DNA of 64,000 bases from Paenibacillus swuensis (GTDB lineage Bacteria > Bacillota > Bacilli > Paenibacillales > DY6): NCBI RefSeq assembly GCF_001644605.1, contig NZ_CP011388.1:326440-390439 (forward strand). Reading direction: 5' to 3'. A program made the translations under genes and the position numbers. Every line of letters begins with the position of its first letter. Positions within the stretch are counted from its first letter, which is position 1. Shown here in pieces: positions 40,098 to 50,234 of the stretch. The notes beneath the pieces were generated by a model, which made no database searches, was not told the DNA's origin, and saw only the letters and a program-made list of their open reading frames with translations.

Positions 40098-40349
40098 GTT
40101 AGTCTAAGCTCCCGTATTACCAGTTTTCTTTTTTATCCAATAAGCATTCGACTAAATCCTTCCACTTCCTTTTTTGGTTCAAATTAAGCAAACCAAAACA
40201 TTCATATTTATGAAAGGGTAAAAATTTTTTAATAATTTATAATAATTCTACAATTTAAAATTCAAAGAAGATGATCCCTGAGGATTCAGTAACCACCTTC
40301 TTTCAATTGCAATAGTTGAACATTTAAGCTCTATCTTGAAAGGTAACCT

Positions 40350-40583
40350 CTAAAATAACTCCTTCATAAACAATCCAATAAGCATCTTGGCAACTTCCTG
40401 ATCTATCTGCAATGATTGACTTATTTTCTCGGGATGCTGTCTATCTGATGATCCGTACGTATCGAGTTGAAATATCTTTTTACCTTCCAGTTCAAATGAA
40501 GTGTACGTACAATTGACTGTTGAATGAATGGAATTTCTCTCTTTATCTAAACGGATTATCTTTTCTTTTTGAATAAGTGCCAT
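40350..40583 (-). CDS. Small (77 aa) hypothetical protein, last gene of the 7-gene defence operon
   Basis: ORF 40350..40613 begins with TTG. Better start is ATG 40583 (MALIQKEKIIRLDKERNS…) with AAAGGAGAAGG 8 nt upstream and 17 nt after the AIPR stop. No recognisable domain. Confidence 0.5.
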   Translation of the reverse strand: MALIQKEKIIRLDKERNSIHSTVNCTYTSFELEGKKIFQLDTYGSSDRQHPEKISQSLQIDQEVAKMLIGLFMKELF

Positions 40584-40600
40584 TGTTAAACCTTCTCCTT

Positions 40601-42679
40601 TTATGCAGTCCAACCTTCTATCTTGGCTTTATCTATTAGATTAACAAGTTGTTGACTATGAACTTGATTAGGCAACTTAGAAGGAATTAGGCATGCTATT
40701 TTCAATGACTCTCCCTCTAGAATTGATAATTTCATATTATTATTATTTAAAAACTCCTTCATTTGTTTCCAATAATCAGCGCCTAAATTTACTACCTTCA
40801 TTTGCGCCTCAATCCCTGATATTACCTTTTGCTCTTTTTTTGCTATCTTGATCTCAGACTTAAGTTCATCTTTAGCAACTAAAACAGTTACAAGTTCATC
40901 AAGCATTTCAACGTCTAAATCACTAATTGCCTTCCAGCAAGCATCACGTTTGCACCATTGAGTAACGTTAGCTATTCCTCTTGATGGACTTGTAATAGAA
41001 TTAAATACTTCCTTAGTAATTACAATAAGTTGCTTTGTGAGCACTTCATTAATTGATTGTTTATTCCAGATATAATTAAAGTCTAATGTCAACTTAGGGT
41101 AATTCCTTTGAATTAAATGTGACAATAACGCTATTGAATAAGTTACTATATTGGCTCTATAACCTTGATCGTACCAAGGCTGTTTAGTCACAAGACTTTC
41201 TGTGTGTTTAAACAAAATATATAAAGCAACCGAGTCTTGAAAATATTTTTCGTTAAACGATTCTTCGGATACTGACCATTCAGCGTCAATCTTATTAGCG
41301 AACTCAGTAAAGTTTGTTTGCGCTCCTTTACTAACAGTATGTGGTAGACAACGCCAAGAATTGCGTGCTTTCGCCAAGTCAGTCTTGCTCAATAATTGCG
41401 CTTTAGGATTTTGCAATAAGAATTTGTTACGTTCACCCTTACTCATTTGCATTTGAGCTTGGAGATACTGTCCTCTTGCTCGCTCATAAAACCAATGGGT
41501 ATCATGTTGTGCTCCGCCCACTGCAGGAGCATATAACCTTCTTGATATCTGCTCCATTCTAACATGGTATGGATGGGTGGAGAAGAAATCAGCATCACTG
41601 ACCTTGTTTTGACTATTTGAAGATCTAGATATTTTTTGCATTAAGTCATATGTGGAATCTATACCTGTATTTATTGCTGTTAATTTCATTTGAACGGAAA
41701 TATTATCTAAGTTGGCTTTATCCTTATATCTGGCGTTAGATAATGAAGCGGTAGTTTGGCCGCCGTTAATAATTTGAAAATCAGATACCCGAGTAATAAA
41801 TTTACCGAAAGTATTACTCTCGACTTCAACTACATTGGCCGTCGCAGAGATTCCGTTATTAAACGCAAAAAACATCTTTGGTGATGTGAGGATTGTCTCC
41901 CTTATCTTTTTATTCACTGAAACTTTAGTACTTAGAAAAGACCTAACATTCCCTTCTAATAACTGCGCACCAAAATTGTCATAAATGTCAGCAAGAATTG
42001 TCCCCGGAATTACAGAGAGAAATGACTTATAATGATCATTATCAACCTCATCTGTTTCTAAACAAGGTAATCCATTGGGAACAAATTCTTTAAAATTTAT
42101 TTCTATACTTTCTCGACCAAAATCTGCTAAAACAACATTATATAATCTCTCTATGTCCCAAATTTGAAATTCAACATTTGCATTCCCTAATTGTTTTATA
42201 GAGAAGCTTTCAATTTTCCCGCTCATAAATCCGTCAGTATATAATAAGATTTTATATTTCCTAATCCTATCTTTATTATTTATAAGAATGTCTACTAAAT
42301 CCGATGCTGATGTACTAACTTCTATTTTTGACTGAAGGTTATTACCTAGTGACTCTTCAACAAAACGCAATGGTAATTCAAATAGACTCTCTGCCTCTGT
42401 TTTTGTTAAAGTCCTATCTGCCTCATCACCAATGAAGTCTGCAACAACAAGGTTCATAGTTAAATCAAGCTCATCATAAGAATAACCATCAACTCTTATC
42501 TTTCTTCTTCTCAATCCGGTACCAGTATAAAATGATGCTTCAAAATCAGGTATAACTTCTGCATTGGTTAAATAATTACTAAATATATTCACAAAAGCCG
42601 CACAAGATCCGTCACCGTAAGTAGCAGCGGTTGACCTAATATCTTGTAAAAAGTCATGTCGAAATGTTGATATATCCAT
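40601..42679 (-). CDS. AIPR (abortive infection phage resistance) family protein
   Basis: ORF 40601..42715. Start ATG 42679 (MDISTFRHDF…) with GGAGGT RBS 18 nt after the upstream stop. Central AIPR-like region '…FFAFNNGISATANVVEV…FQIINGGQTTASL…'. Confidence 0.65.
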   Translation of the reverse strand: MDISTFRHDFLQDIRSTAATYGDGSCAAFVNIFSNYLTNAEVIPDFEASFYTGTGLRRRKIRVDGYSYDELDLTMNLVVADFIGDEADRTLTKTEAESLFELPLRFVEESLGNNLQSKIEVSTSASDLVDILINNKDRIRKYKILLYTDGFMSGKIESFSIKQLGNANVEFQIWDIERLYNVVLADFGRESIEINFKEFVPNGLPCLETDEVDNDHYKSFLSVIPGTILADIYDNFGAQLLEGNVRSFLSTKVSVNKKIRETILTSPKMFFAFNNGISATANVVEVESNTFGKFITRVSDFQIINGGQTTASLSNARYKDKANLDNISVQMKLTAINTGIDSTYDLMQKISRSSNSQNKVSDADFFSTHPYHVRMEQISRRLYAPAVGGAQHDTHWFYERARGQYLQAQMQMSKGERNKFLLQNPKAQLLSKTDLAKARNSWRCLPHTVSKGAQTNFTEFANKIDAEWSVSEESFNEKYFQDSVALYILFKHTESLVTKQPWYDQGYRANIVTYSIALLSHLIQRNYPKLTLDFNYIWNKQSINEVLTKQLIVITKEVFNSITSPSRGIANVTQWCKRDACWKAISDLDVEMLDELVTVLVAKDELKSEIKIAKKEQKVISGIEAQMKVVNLGADYWKQMKEFLNNNNMKLSILEGESLKIACLIPSKLPNQVHSQQLVNLIDKAKIEGWTA

Positions 42680-42696
42680 AATGACCTCCAAATAAA

Positions 42697-43629
42697 CTAA
42701 TGAACAACTTTCCATGCTTTAATCGAAGCAAGGTCTAATTTATAACTCGCTTCTGTTATGTGAACAGGCAAACTAGCTCTCGTTATCTTTGGAAAACCAT
42801 TAACGACATCATACTCATCAGGAATATTGTTAAATTTGTACCAAATAGCATTATATCCTGGATTATATACATACCCTGCTTTGAGAAGCTTATCTTTAAA
42901 AGTATCAGATGAGTCTAAACATAGCTTGTTTAATATGTTCTGGACTAAATGGTTGATTGTAAGAGCATCTTTAGCGTTTGGAGCAGTTTCATCTATTCTA
43001 TAAACTATTAATTTACCAGGCAGTAGATTATCTAACTGTTCTATAGAAGATATACTTACCTGATTTGAGCTAACTGTTGTTGCTTTAACTTCTGCCCATC
43101 CAGTAGAGTAGAAAAAATCTTGGTCAGCTCCTTCTGGACCCATCCAAGCTTGAATAGACTCCAGCGCCCCATTAATATTATTTATCTGTTTATCAAGGTA
43201 AAGCAACTCACCGAATAGCCCTTTTAGTTTTGACCCATCCATGATTCCAGAAGGAGTTGCTTTTAATAGATTGAGCCATTGTTTATACCTATATAGGACT
43301 TTTTCCAATCCATCTTGATTGCTATTAATATTGCGTGAATATTCAATAAGATCTATACATAACAGTTCATATACTTCTTCATGTTTTGGATTAGTTAAAT
43401 TGAATAGTATTGTCCATTTATTATCAAATCTTAAACGACATGTTACTTCAATTGACTCAGATGAGCGAATATTTGTAGGTTGTCTATTACTTATTAACAA
43501 TAAACTTTTGTTATATGGGTCTTGATACCCCAAGTACCATTCCATTTTATGGGTTGCATCAACTCTAATATATCCTGATTTATCGGATATACTTTCCCAC
43601 TTTTTTTTGATTTCTTCAGTATCCATCAT
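42697..43629 (-). CDS. PD-(D/E)xK-family nuclease (putative)
   Basis: ORF 42697..43647. Start likely ATG 43629/43626 (MMDTEEIKKKW…) with GAGGA upstream. Motif 'GLFGELLYL…WMGPEGADQDF…TGWAEVKAT' fits the D…(D/E)xK restriction-endonuclease fold. Confidence 0.5.
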   Translation of the reverse strand: MMDTEEIKKKWESISDKSGYIRVDATHKMEWYLGYQDPYNKSLLLISNRQPTNIRSSESIEVTCRLRFDNKWTILFNLTNPKHEEVYELLCIDLIEYSRNINSNQDGLEKVLYRYKQWLNLLKATPSGIMDGSKLKGLFGELLYLDKQINNINGALESIQAWMGPEGADQDFFYSTGWAEVKATTVSSNQVSISSIEQLDNLLPGKLIVYRIDETAPNAKDALTINHLVQNILNKLCLDSSDTFKDKLLKAGYVYNPGYNAIWYKFNNIPDEYDVVNGFPKITRASLPVHITEASYKLDLASIKAWKVVH

Positions 43630-46333
43630 CGTCGTCCTCATCATCATCTATATCCATCCAATTCCTAAGCTCTACAACGTTTACCATATAATTCACAGTT
43701 TCCACATTACCAATACCGGGTATACCAATGCCTATTGCGTATAATATATCAGGAATGTTCTTTCCTTCTTTTTTACTTTCAATAATATGTAACATTAATA
43801 ATGGATTTCTGTCTTCTAAGAGATATTCACTATCAGGAACATTCTTGTCAGGATTATTAGCCTTGAAATTCTTGTCAATTTCCTTAATTCTGTCTAGGGA
43901 CAAACCTGCTCTAGTTAAACCGCCAGAACCTACCCTGACTTTTGTTCCCGAGATCCTTAACATACCGTCTGATTCGTCTACTGTGCGTTGTTGCAATTTC
44001 GTTGAGAAGTTGCCAATTGCATCAACTAAATCAAGCTCAATATCACTAGAACCTGAAGGTAAAATTACATCCCACGAACTTAATTCTGATTTATTATCTA
44101 TGTAACTGGCTAAAGCTTTACCCTGAAATGCCAAATGCCATGGATGAGTATCAAAGCTACTAAGTAACTCTACAACTAAATCCTTTTTTACACCTCTCCA
44201 CAAAAAACCTTTAGGTGAAGAATTAACTTCTCTTGTAACGTCGAGACTTGCTAAAAACATCTTAAAAGCTTTTTCATTTGCATGTAGAATCTCCGGTTTA
44301 GATTTTAATCTTGGAGTCTCCAACACTTTTCCTGTAACTGATATCGGCCGGCTCACACTTGTTCCAGATCTCATTTTATTCCTTGCTGTTACCAGTAATG
44401 AATTAGGATCTTGTCTTACTTTAAGACCAAAATCTCTTGGCGTTTGTCTGTACTTATTCATCTTGCTTATTTCAAGTTTCAGCTCATTTGCTGCAGATGT
44501 TATATAGCCGTACCAGTCTATGGCATCTTTCGCCATCCATACTTTAAATAAATCATCGTAGTTTGGTCTGTAACCAAACCATCTCCCCATTTGAAGTAAA
44601 GTATCATACATCTGTGAGTTACGATAAAAATAACTTACGCATAGCCCTTCTAAGGTTAGTCCTCGTGATAGACTGTTTCCTCCAACTGCTATAACTCTGA
44701 ATCCATTGTCTCTATAAGCGTAATAATTCAGGCTTGCAGCTCCAGTTTTCTGGTTTACTGCTCTAACTTCGATAGGTGATATAGCCTTATATAAATATTC
44801 CTTAATTAACAACATCCAGCTTACAGCGCATTTCTTCTCGAGCTCATATTCATCCCAAACATTCTTAAGGAAAACAATTGAACCAATTTTATCCCATTGT
44901 CTTTCATCAAGTCCTCCATAATTCCTTATGTCAGATTTCACTTGATCAATCCATACATTAATATTTTCTTTAACTGAGACTTGCACATCAGTGAATCTAC
45001 TAACATTTATTAGCATAGATCTATGTTCATTATTATCCTTACGTACATCTCGTATTGCATTAACTAGCATAAAGTACCCTATGGCAATATGAAGGCTTGT
45101 AGGTAATAAATCCACTTCATGATTTTTCTTATGCTTAAATGGTAAGTAATCTTCTATTTCATCAGTTTCAATTTTAATTAAACTACCATAATATTTAGGT
45201 TCATCTCCGAATAAGGCATCTGCACCAATGTAACTAGTAGGAGGTGATAATACATATATAAAATCTCTAGGGAATAAATCATCGCCTAACATTTCTTCGG
45301 ATGTTTCAGGATTAATAAATATATTAGCAAACGGTGTAGCCGTAATTCCAAGATAGGAGGCTCTATAAAATCTCTTTAGAATTGAACGTATAGCAGAATT
45401 TATGGCAGTCGGACTTTCATCTTCTTTTTTAGTATTTACAGATGCACTATCTGCTTCATCATCAATAATCAAAAGAGGTAAATCAATCATTCCATTTTGA
45501 TCAGCATTGTTGGAACAAAGCCAACTTTCTAAATTTTTGAGAATTTGTTTATTCTTCTTTACAACAAATAATGCAGGTTCATTTATGTTCTTTAGTGTCA
45601 AGTCATTACTGTTTAATATTGAAGAGTTGAAGTCAAAGAGTACAGTTGTAAATGCTGAAATTCTTTTAGTTGAATCTATTTTCCCAACTCCGTCAAACAC
45701 ATTCTTCACTTCTCGATTGCCTTTAATTTTTAATAAATCTTTACTTAAACGCCCAGCAAATTCTTTATCTAATCGTTCCTGGGTTTGCATTCTTAAATTT
45801 TCCATTGTTCCTGCAAGCACAATAATCACCTTGTAACCGGTATCTGCAGCTTTATTACAAATAGCAGTATAATTAGCTGTTTTACCTGATTGAACATCTC
45901 CTAATACTAAGCCTCTTCGTTGCCAAGAATTTATGTTTTTAGGATCTCCAAGTAAATCTACAATTTCACTAGACACAATATCTAGGTTTGAAGTAACTCT
46001 AGTATTCCAACCTTTTAAATCTTCAAGGTATCTTCTATAACGTTGCCAATAATAAAAGTCTGTTTCTGCACGACGGCCTGGCAACCAAGATTGGTGATCG
46101 CTGTGTTCATCGGATATGTATACTCCGACATCCATTGCAATCATTAATGATGACTTTAATTTCTTAACAACATTTTCGAATTCATCATCTGACACTGGAT
46201 ACAGAAGATTTAATGTATTCCGCAATGTCGTAGCTTCTGACATAAAATCCTCTTCATTTGGAGGTGTATCCGGAAATTTAGTATTTATTGCTGCCCATAT
46301 AAATTTATCTAGAGTTTGTACATTGGGATTCAT
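43616..46333 (-). CDS. DEAD-Z1 ATPase (second paralogue, 905 aa)
   Basis: Walker A 'GDVQSGKTANYTAI' and DEAD box 'LLIIDDEADSASVN', long Z1-like C-terminus, acidic tail (DDDEDDDDGY). Start ATG overlaps the GHKL stop (TAATG). RBS GGAGGT. Confidence 0.7.
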   Translation of the reverse strand: MNPNVQTLDKFIWAAINTKFPDTPPNEEDFMSEATTLRNTLNLLYPVSDDEFENVVKKLKSSLMIAMDVGVYISDEHSDHQSWLPGRRAETDFYYWQRYRRYLEDLKGWNTRVTSNLDIVSSEIVDLLGDPKNINSWQRRGLVLGDVQSGKTANYTAICNKAADTGYKVIIVLAGTMENLRMQTQERLDKEFAGRLSKDLLKIKGNREVKNVFDGVGKIDSTKRISAFTTVLFDFNSSILNSNDLTLKNINEPALFVVKKNKQILKNLESWLCSNNADQNGMIDLPLLIIDDEADSASVNTKKEDESPTAINSAIRSILKRFYRASYLGITATPFANIFINPETSEEMLGDDLFPRDFIYVLSPPTSYIGADALFGDEPKYYGSLIKIETDEIEDYLPFKHKKNHEVDLLPTSLHIAIGYFMLVNAIRDVRKDNNEHRSMLINVSRFTDVQVSVKENINVWIDQVKSDIRNYGGLDERQWDKIGSIVFLKNVWDEYELEKKCAVSWMLLIKEYLYKAISPIEVRAVNQKTGAASLNYYAYRDNGFRVIAVGGNSLSRGLTLEGLCVSYFYRNSQMYDTLLQMGRWFGYRPNYDDLFKVWMAKDAIDWYGYITSAANELKLEISKMNKYRQTPRDFGLKVRQDPNSLLVTARNKMRSGTSVSRPISVTGKVLETPRLKSKPEILHANEKAFKMFLASLDVTREVNSSPKGFLWRGVKKDLVVELLSSFDTHPWHLAFQGKALASYIDNKSELSSWDVILPSGSSDIELDLVDAIGNFSTKLQQRTVDESDGMLRISGTKVRVGSGGLTRAGLSLDRIKEIDKNFKANNPDKNVPDSEYLLEDRNPLLMLHIIESKKEGKNIPDILYAIGIGIPGIGNVETVNYMVNVVELRNWMDIDDDEDDDDGY

Positions 46334-47787
46334 TAATTAACCTCCTGCATTAATCTCTTTATTACTTCTGGGTGTTGATTAAAAGGGTCAGATATAGAAA
46401 GCCTGCCCAGCATTTCGTTCTTTTCCCTTTTGTCTTTACATCCACTTAAAATATGTTTTAGCATTTTAAGGATCTCAGCATCCATAATGTTTTCTGTATT
46501 TGTAATTTGTTCGTCATTTGTCAGATCTACATATAACTGGTTTAACGGTAGATTAGTTTCTATTTGCCTTATTAAATGATTCAGTGATTGTTTCTCCGAT
46601 TTATTTAAATTCTCAAGTCCATCAAAGAGTAAATGATCCCTATTAATCTCATAGAATACTCCTTTACCTCTAGTAATTATTCTATTCCACATATGTATAT
46701 TCGAATCGTTAGTTTCTTTTTTACCACGGTATGTCCATGTCCTTTTGCTGCGATCAGCTAATCTTTCAATGACAATTGATAAATTTTTTTTTACAACTTC
46801 GGGAGGAATAGCCATGGATTTCTTAATATCAAGCGTCCATAGGTAGTCAAGGGAATTAGGTATATCAACACGAACTCGTGCTAATTTTGACATTTCGTCT
46901 TGCCGCATCATATTAAACCATGTTCCTGAAACAAGCAGCCTTTTGTTTCTGTAGATGTAAAAACCTTGTTTCTTACGCAATCCATCTTTTCCACCGAGTT
47001 GTTCTAGTTCTAATTGTGTGAGGTTAGAGATATGAGGTAGTATAAATGGACTTACCGTCACTTTCTTTCCTTCAATATTAATGACTTCCTCTTCCATGAT
47101 CTGGTTGCTTTTCTCTACTAAAAATGGATCATTTGCTTCAACCTTTAAATTATTAATAGATATTTTAATTTTCTTTAATCCTTTTTCACCTGAGATATAC
47201 CTGTGAAACACTAAAGAAAGATGGTTTCTAACAGTGTCCATATATTTGCCCATGCTTAATTCAATATTTTTCTCACCCAAGATAAGTCTATCTAGATCCT
47301 GCATTATAACTAATGTCCCAGCCTTAAGTAACATAAGCTGACTAACTTGAGGTAATTCACTCACATCATCCAGGTCTAATAGCTTTAGTGACCATTCTCC
47401 TGTATTAATCACCAGATCCAAATCCCATTGAGCTCCTAATAATGATGAACCTACTTTAGTTACAACTGTGAGTTTTTTGCATTGTGAAAGCGCAGCTGTT
47501 TTTAAACCGAGACCGAACCTTCCTAAGTCTTTAGTTCCTCTAGTGGCCGTTGGGTTTTTGCTTCCGTATCTCATCGCATTTATTAAACTATCTTGATCCA
47601 TTCCATGTCCGTCATCAAGAATAGATATATACGGATTGATTGGAAAAAAGGCAATATCAATATTCGTTGCTTTCGCAGCAATACTATTATCAATTATATC
47701 TGCAATTGCAGTTTCTATAGAGTAACCAATCGACCTAGTTGATTCCATCAACACTGGGGCAAATGGAGGTACTGATATAATATTCAT
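46333..47787 (-). CDS. GHKL (HATPase_c_3, MORC/MutL-like) ATPase
   Basis: N-box 'ETAIADIIDNSIAAKA', G1 'DDGHGMD', G2 'GRFGLGLK'. RBS AAAGGGGAAG. Starts 2 nt after the helicase stop. Confidence 0.75.
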   Translation of the reverse strand: MNIISVPPFAPVLMESTRSIGYSIETAIADIIDNSIAAKATNIDIAFFPINPYISILDDGHGMDQDSLINAMRYGSKNPTATRGTKDLGRFGLGLKTAALSQCKKLTVVTKVGSSLLGAQWDLDLVINTGEWSLKLLDLDDVSELPQVSQLMLLKAGTLVIMQDLDRLILGEKNIELSMGKYMDTVRNHLSLVFHRYISGEKGLKKIKISINNLKVEANDPFLVEKSNQIMEEEVINIEGKKVTVSPFILPHISNLTQLELEQLGGKDGLRKKQGFYIYRNKRLLVSGTWFNMMRQDEMSKLARVRVDIPNSLDYLWTLDIKKSMAIPPEVVKKNLSIVIERLADRSKRTWTYRGKKETNDSNIHMWNRIITRGKGVFYEINRDHLLFDGLENLNKSEKQSLNHLIRQIETNLPLNQLYVDLTNDEQITNTENIMDAEILKMLKHILSGCKDKREKNEMLGRLSISDPFNQHPEVIKRLMQEVN

Positions 47788-47789
47788 TT

Positions 47790-50234
47790 CTACTTCCCCT
47801 TTGTATTAATAAACAATGTATTATTAACTTTTCTTTCAAAATGCCAATGCAATCTATATTTACATATTTGCTCAACCCAAACGTATATCAATTCTGATGA
47901 ATCAATATTATTCGGAATGTTAAACTCAAATCTTCCACCCTCAAATGACACTAACCCCTTAGAACTCCCACTCCATTTGGTCATAGGCATCCTCGCGATT
48001 AACTTGGCTACTTTAGCCTCATCATAATCCCATAACTTCTTTGTTTCAGCATCGGAGAAATCAATCTTCTTTCTATAGTCCTTCTCCATATAGAAGCGAT
48101 GGAAATAGGGTGCAACTTCTTCTGGGGTAATAGCATCCGCCCAGTGATCTGGTCCGCGCTCCAACATGGCTGCTAATACAACCATCTTGTAACTCTTGGT
48201 CATCACAGTTCCTTCGACCTCACGGATCCAATCTTGGTGTTGCAAGTACACCTCAACCTCGTGCTCATCTAATTCCCCTGCCCAATGCAGGAAGCCGAGA
48301 TAAGACTTAAATTCCTGCACATACTCCCGGCTATTCGCATGTCCATGGAGGTGTAATTCCAGATAGGTTGGACGTCGTCCAAGCTCACTCTTTAGCTTGA
48401 AGTATGAGAACTTAAGGTTATCTTTCCTTGGTTGCCGCTTCCGGAACAGTTCCTCAAGTAGATTGATTACTCTTAATTCAAGATTGATTTCGCAACTAGC
48501 CACTGTAGAAGGCACAGCGGATTTATTATTACGTTCCGTACTCTCCTCTGCAATTTGGAACAGGCTCATCTTCAAGTCAGCGTAACGATAGTTCCCGATC
48601 AGGTCGATGATGGAGCAATGCGATTTGCCCCCATGTAACCTTAGGCCCCTGCCCACTTGTTGGGTGAATACGGTTAATGACTCGGTTGGTCTTGTGAACA
48701 GTAGTGTATCTACCGATGGAATATCTACACCCTCATTAAACAGATCTACGGTGAAGATCAGCTCCAACGTCAAGTCCTGAATCCCTTGAATTGCCTGAAC
48801 TCTGGACATTTCTCTTGTATTGGAATGCAGAGCCAGAGCTTTAACACCTTTGCCCTTGAAGAATTGCGCCAAGAAATTTGCTTGCCGAATGGATGAACAG
48901 AAGCCGATGGTTCGTGTTTGCTTATGTTGTGTCCATGCCTGATATATCTTCTCCGCCATATCATCCTTGAGCTGCGCCGCCAGTAATTCTTCCTCGTCAT
49001 AGCCGGAACCAACCCAAGGGATAGCACTATAATCCGTCTCGTCATAAACCCCGAAATACCGAAATGGACTTAACCACTGTTGTTGTATTGCATCCAGAAA
49101 ATGCAACTGATACGCCACATTCCCATCACAAAGGCCATATACATCCTTGCCATCCATCCGATCAGGTGTCGCGGTAATCCCAAGCATGAACTCAGGCTGG
49201 AAGTACTCCAGCACCGATTGATACGATCTGGCCGCAGCATGGTGAAACTCATCCACAATGATAAGATCAAAGGCATCTGAATTGAACCGTTCACGATGCT
49301 TCTTCATCCCAAGTGTGTAAATGGATGCAAACACGCAATCCGCCGTCACATTCTTCTCTTGCCCGTTATAAAGTCCGACGGAACGATCGGGTAGCACTCT
49401 ATGGAATGAAGCCGAGGCTTGTTGAAGAATTTCTTCGCGATGGGCTACAAACAGAACTCTTTTATAACTTTTTGCAAAAAATGCGGCCAAATACGTCTTC
49501 CCAAGCCCCGTTGCCATCACAACCATGGCCTTGTTATAGTCTTCCTCTACGGTTGCTGCTAGAGCCTCAAGGGCCAACTGTTGGGCAGGACGGGGTTCAA
49601 GGAAGGTTATTGTTTCCTCAATAATAGGTTCTGTAATCGCAACAGGTGCAGAAGTATGTAACTCCAGTTCATCTAACTCGATCACCAGCCTCTCAAGCTC
49701 TGGATTTCGTTGTTTGTGAATCTCGTATTCCTTCTCATATTCCGCAATGGTCAGTTCGTTAAGAGGGACTGTCCACTCATGATGGAAATTGTGCATGAAT
49801 TTATCCAGTGCATCTTGGAACGTTGTCGGCTCCGCTTGAGCATTCATTGCTAGATTCCACTCAATCCCTAACTTAAACGCGGAACGGGACAAGTTGGATG
49901 AGCCCACAATAAGCAAGCCCTCATTCTCTTCAAAATCAAGCAGGTACGCCTTCGGATGAAAGGATGCACCCCGGCTGCGCCATAATCGGGCTTCTATTCT
50001 CGGGTCGATCTGAAGAAGCTTTCTTAGGGCATCCGGCTGCGTAACAAAAAGATAATCCCCACCCAACACTTTAATCTCCGTGCCGTATTGAGCGGCCTTC
50101 CTTAAGTGTGGGGCAAGGATCTGCACGCCGGAAGCCATAACGAACGATGTCATGATATAAATCGATGTGGCTCTCTCTATCGCTGGGATTAGTTCATCTG
50201 CCAAGTTCTCTGTAATCAGTTTGATATTAGGCAT
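47790..50234 (-). CDS. PLD-family nuclease domain fused to SF2 (DExH) helicase, with C-terminal domain of unknown function (DUF3427-like)
   Basis: HKD motif 'HPKAYLLDFEENEGLLIVGSSNLS'. SF2 motifs I 'MATGLGKTYLAAFF', II 'IVDEFHHAA', III 'TATPDR', VI 'QQVGRGLRLHG'. ~250-aa C-terminal extension. Start overlaps the MazG-like stop (ATGCCTAA). Confidence 0.75.
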   Translation of the reverse strand: MPNIKLITENLADELIPAIERATSIYIMTSFVMASGVQILAPHLRKAAQYGTEIKVLGGDYLFVTQPDALRKLLQIDPRIEARLWRSRGASFHPKAYLLDFEENEGLLIVGSSNLSRSAFKLGIEWNLAMNAQAEPTTFQDALDKFMHNFHHEWTVPLNELTIAEYEKEYEIHKQRNPELERLVIELDELELHTSAPVAITEPIIEETITFLEPRPAQQLALEALAATVEEDYNKAMVVMATGLGKTYLAAFFAKSYKRVLFVAHREEILQQASASFHRVLPDRSVGLYNGQEKNVTADCVFASIYTLGMKKHRERFNSDAFDLIIVDEFHHAAARSYQSVLEYFQPEFMLGITATPDRMDGKDVYGLCDGNVAYQLHFLDAIQQQWLSPFRYFGVYDETDYSAIPWVGSGYDEEELLAAQLKDDMAEKIYQAWTQHKQTRTIGFCSSIRQANFLAQFFKGKGVKALALHSNTREMSRVQAIQGIQDLTLELIFTVDLFNEGVDIPSVDTLLFTRPTESLTVFTQQVGRGLRLHGGKSHCSIIDLIGNYRYADLKMSLFQIAEESTERNNKSAVPSTVASCEINLELRVINLLEELFRKRQPRKDNLKFSYFKLKSELGRRPTYLELHLHGHANSREYVQEFKSYLGFLHWAGELDEHEVEVYLQHQDWIREVEGTVMTKSYKMVVLAAMLERGPDHWADAITPEEVAPYFHRFYMEKDYRKKIDFSDAETKKLWDYDEAKVAKLIARMPMTKWSGSSKGLVSFEGGRFEFNIPNNIDSSELIYVWVEQICKYRLHWHFERKVNNTLFINTKGK

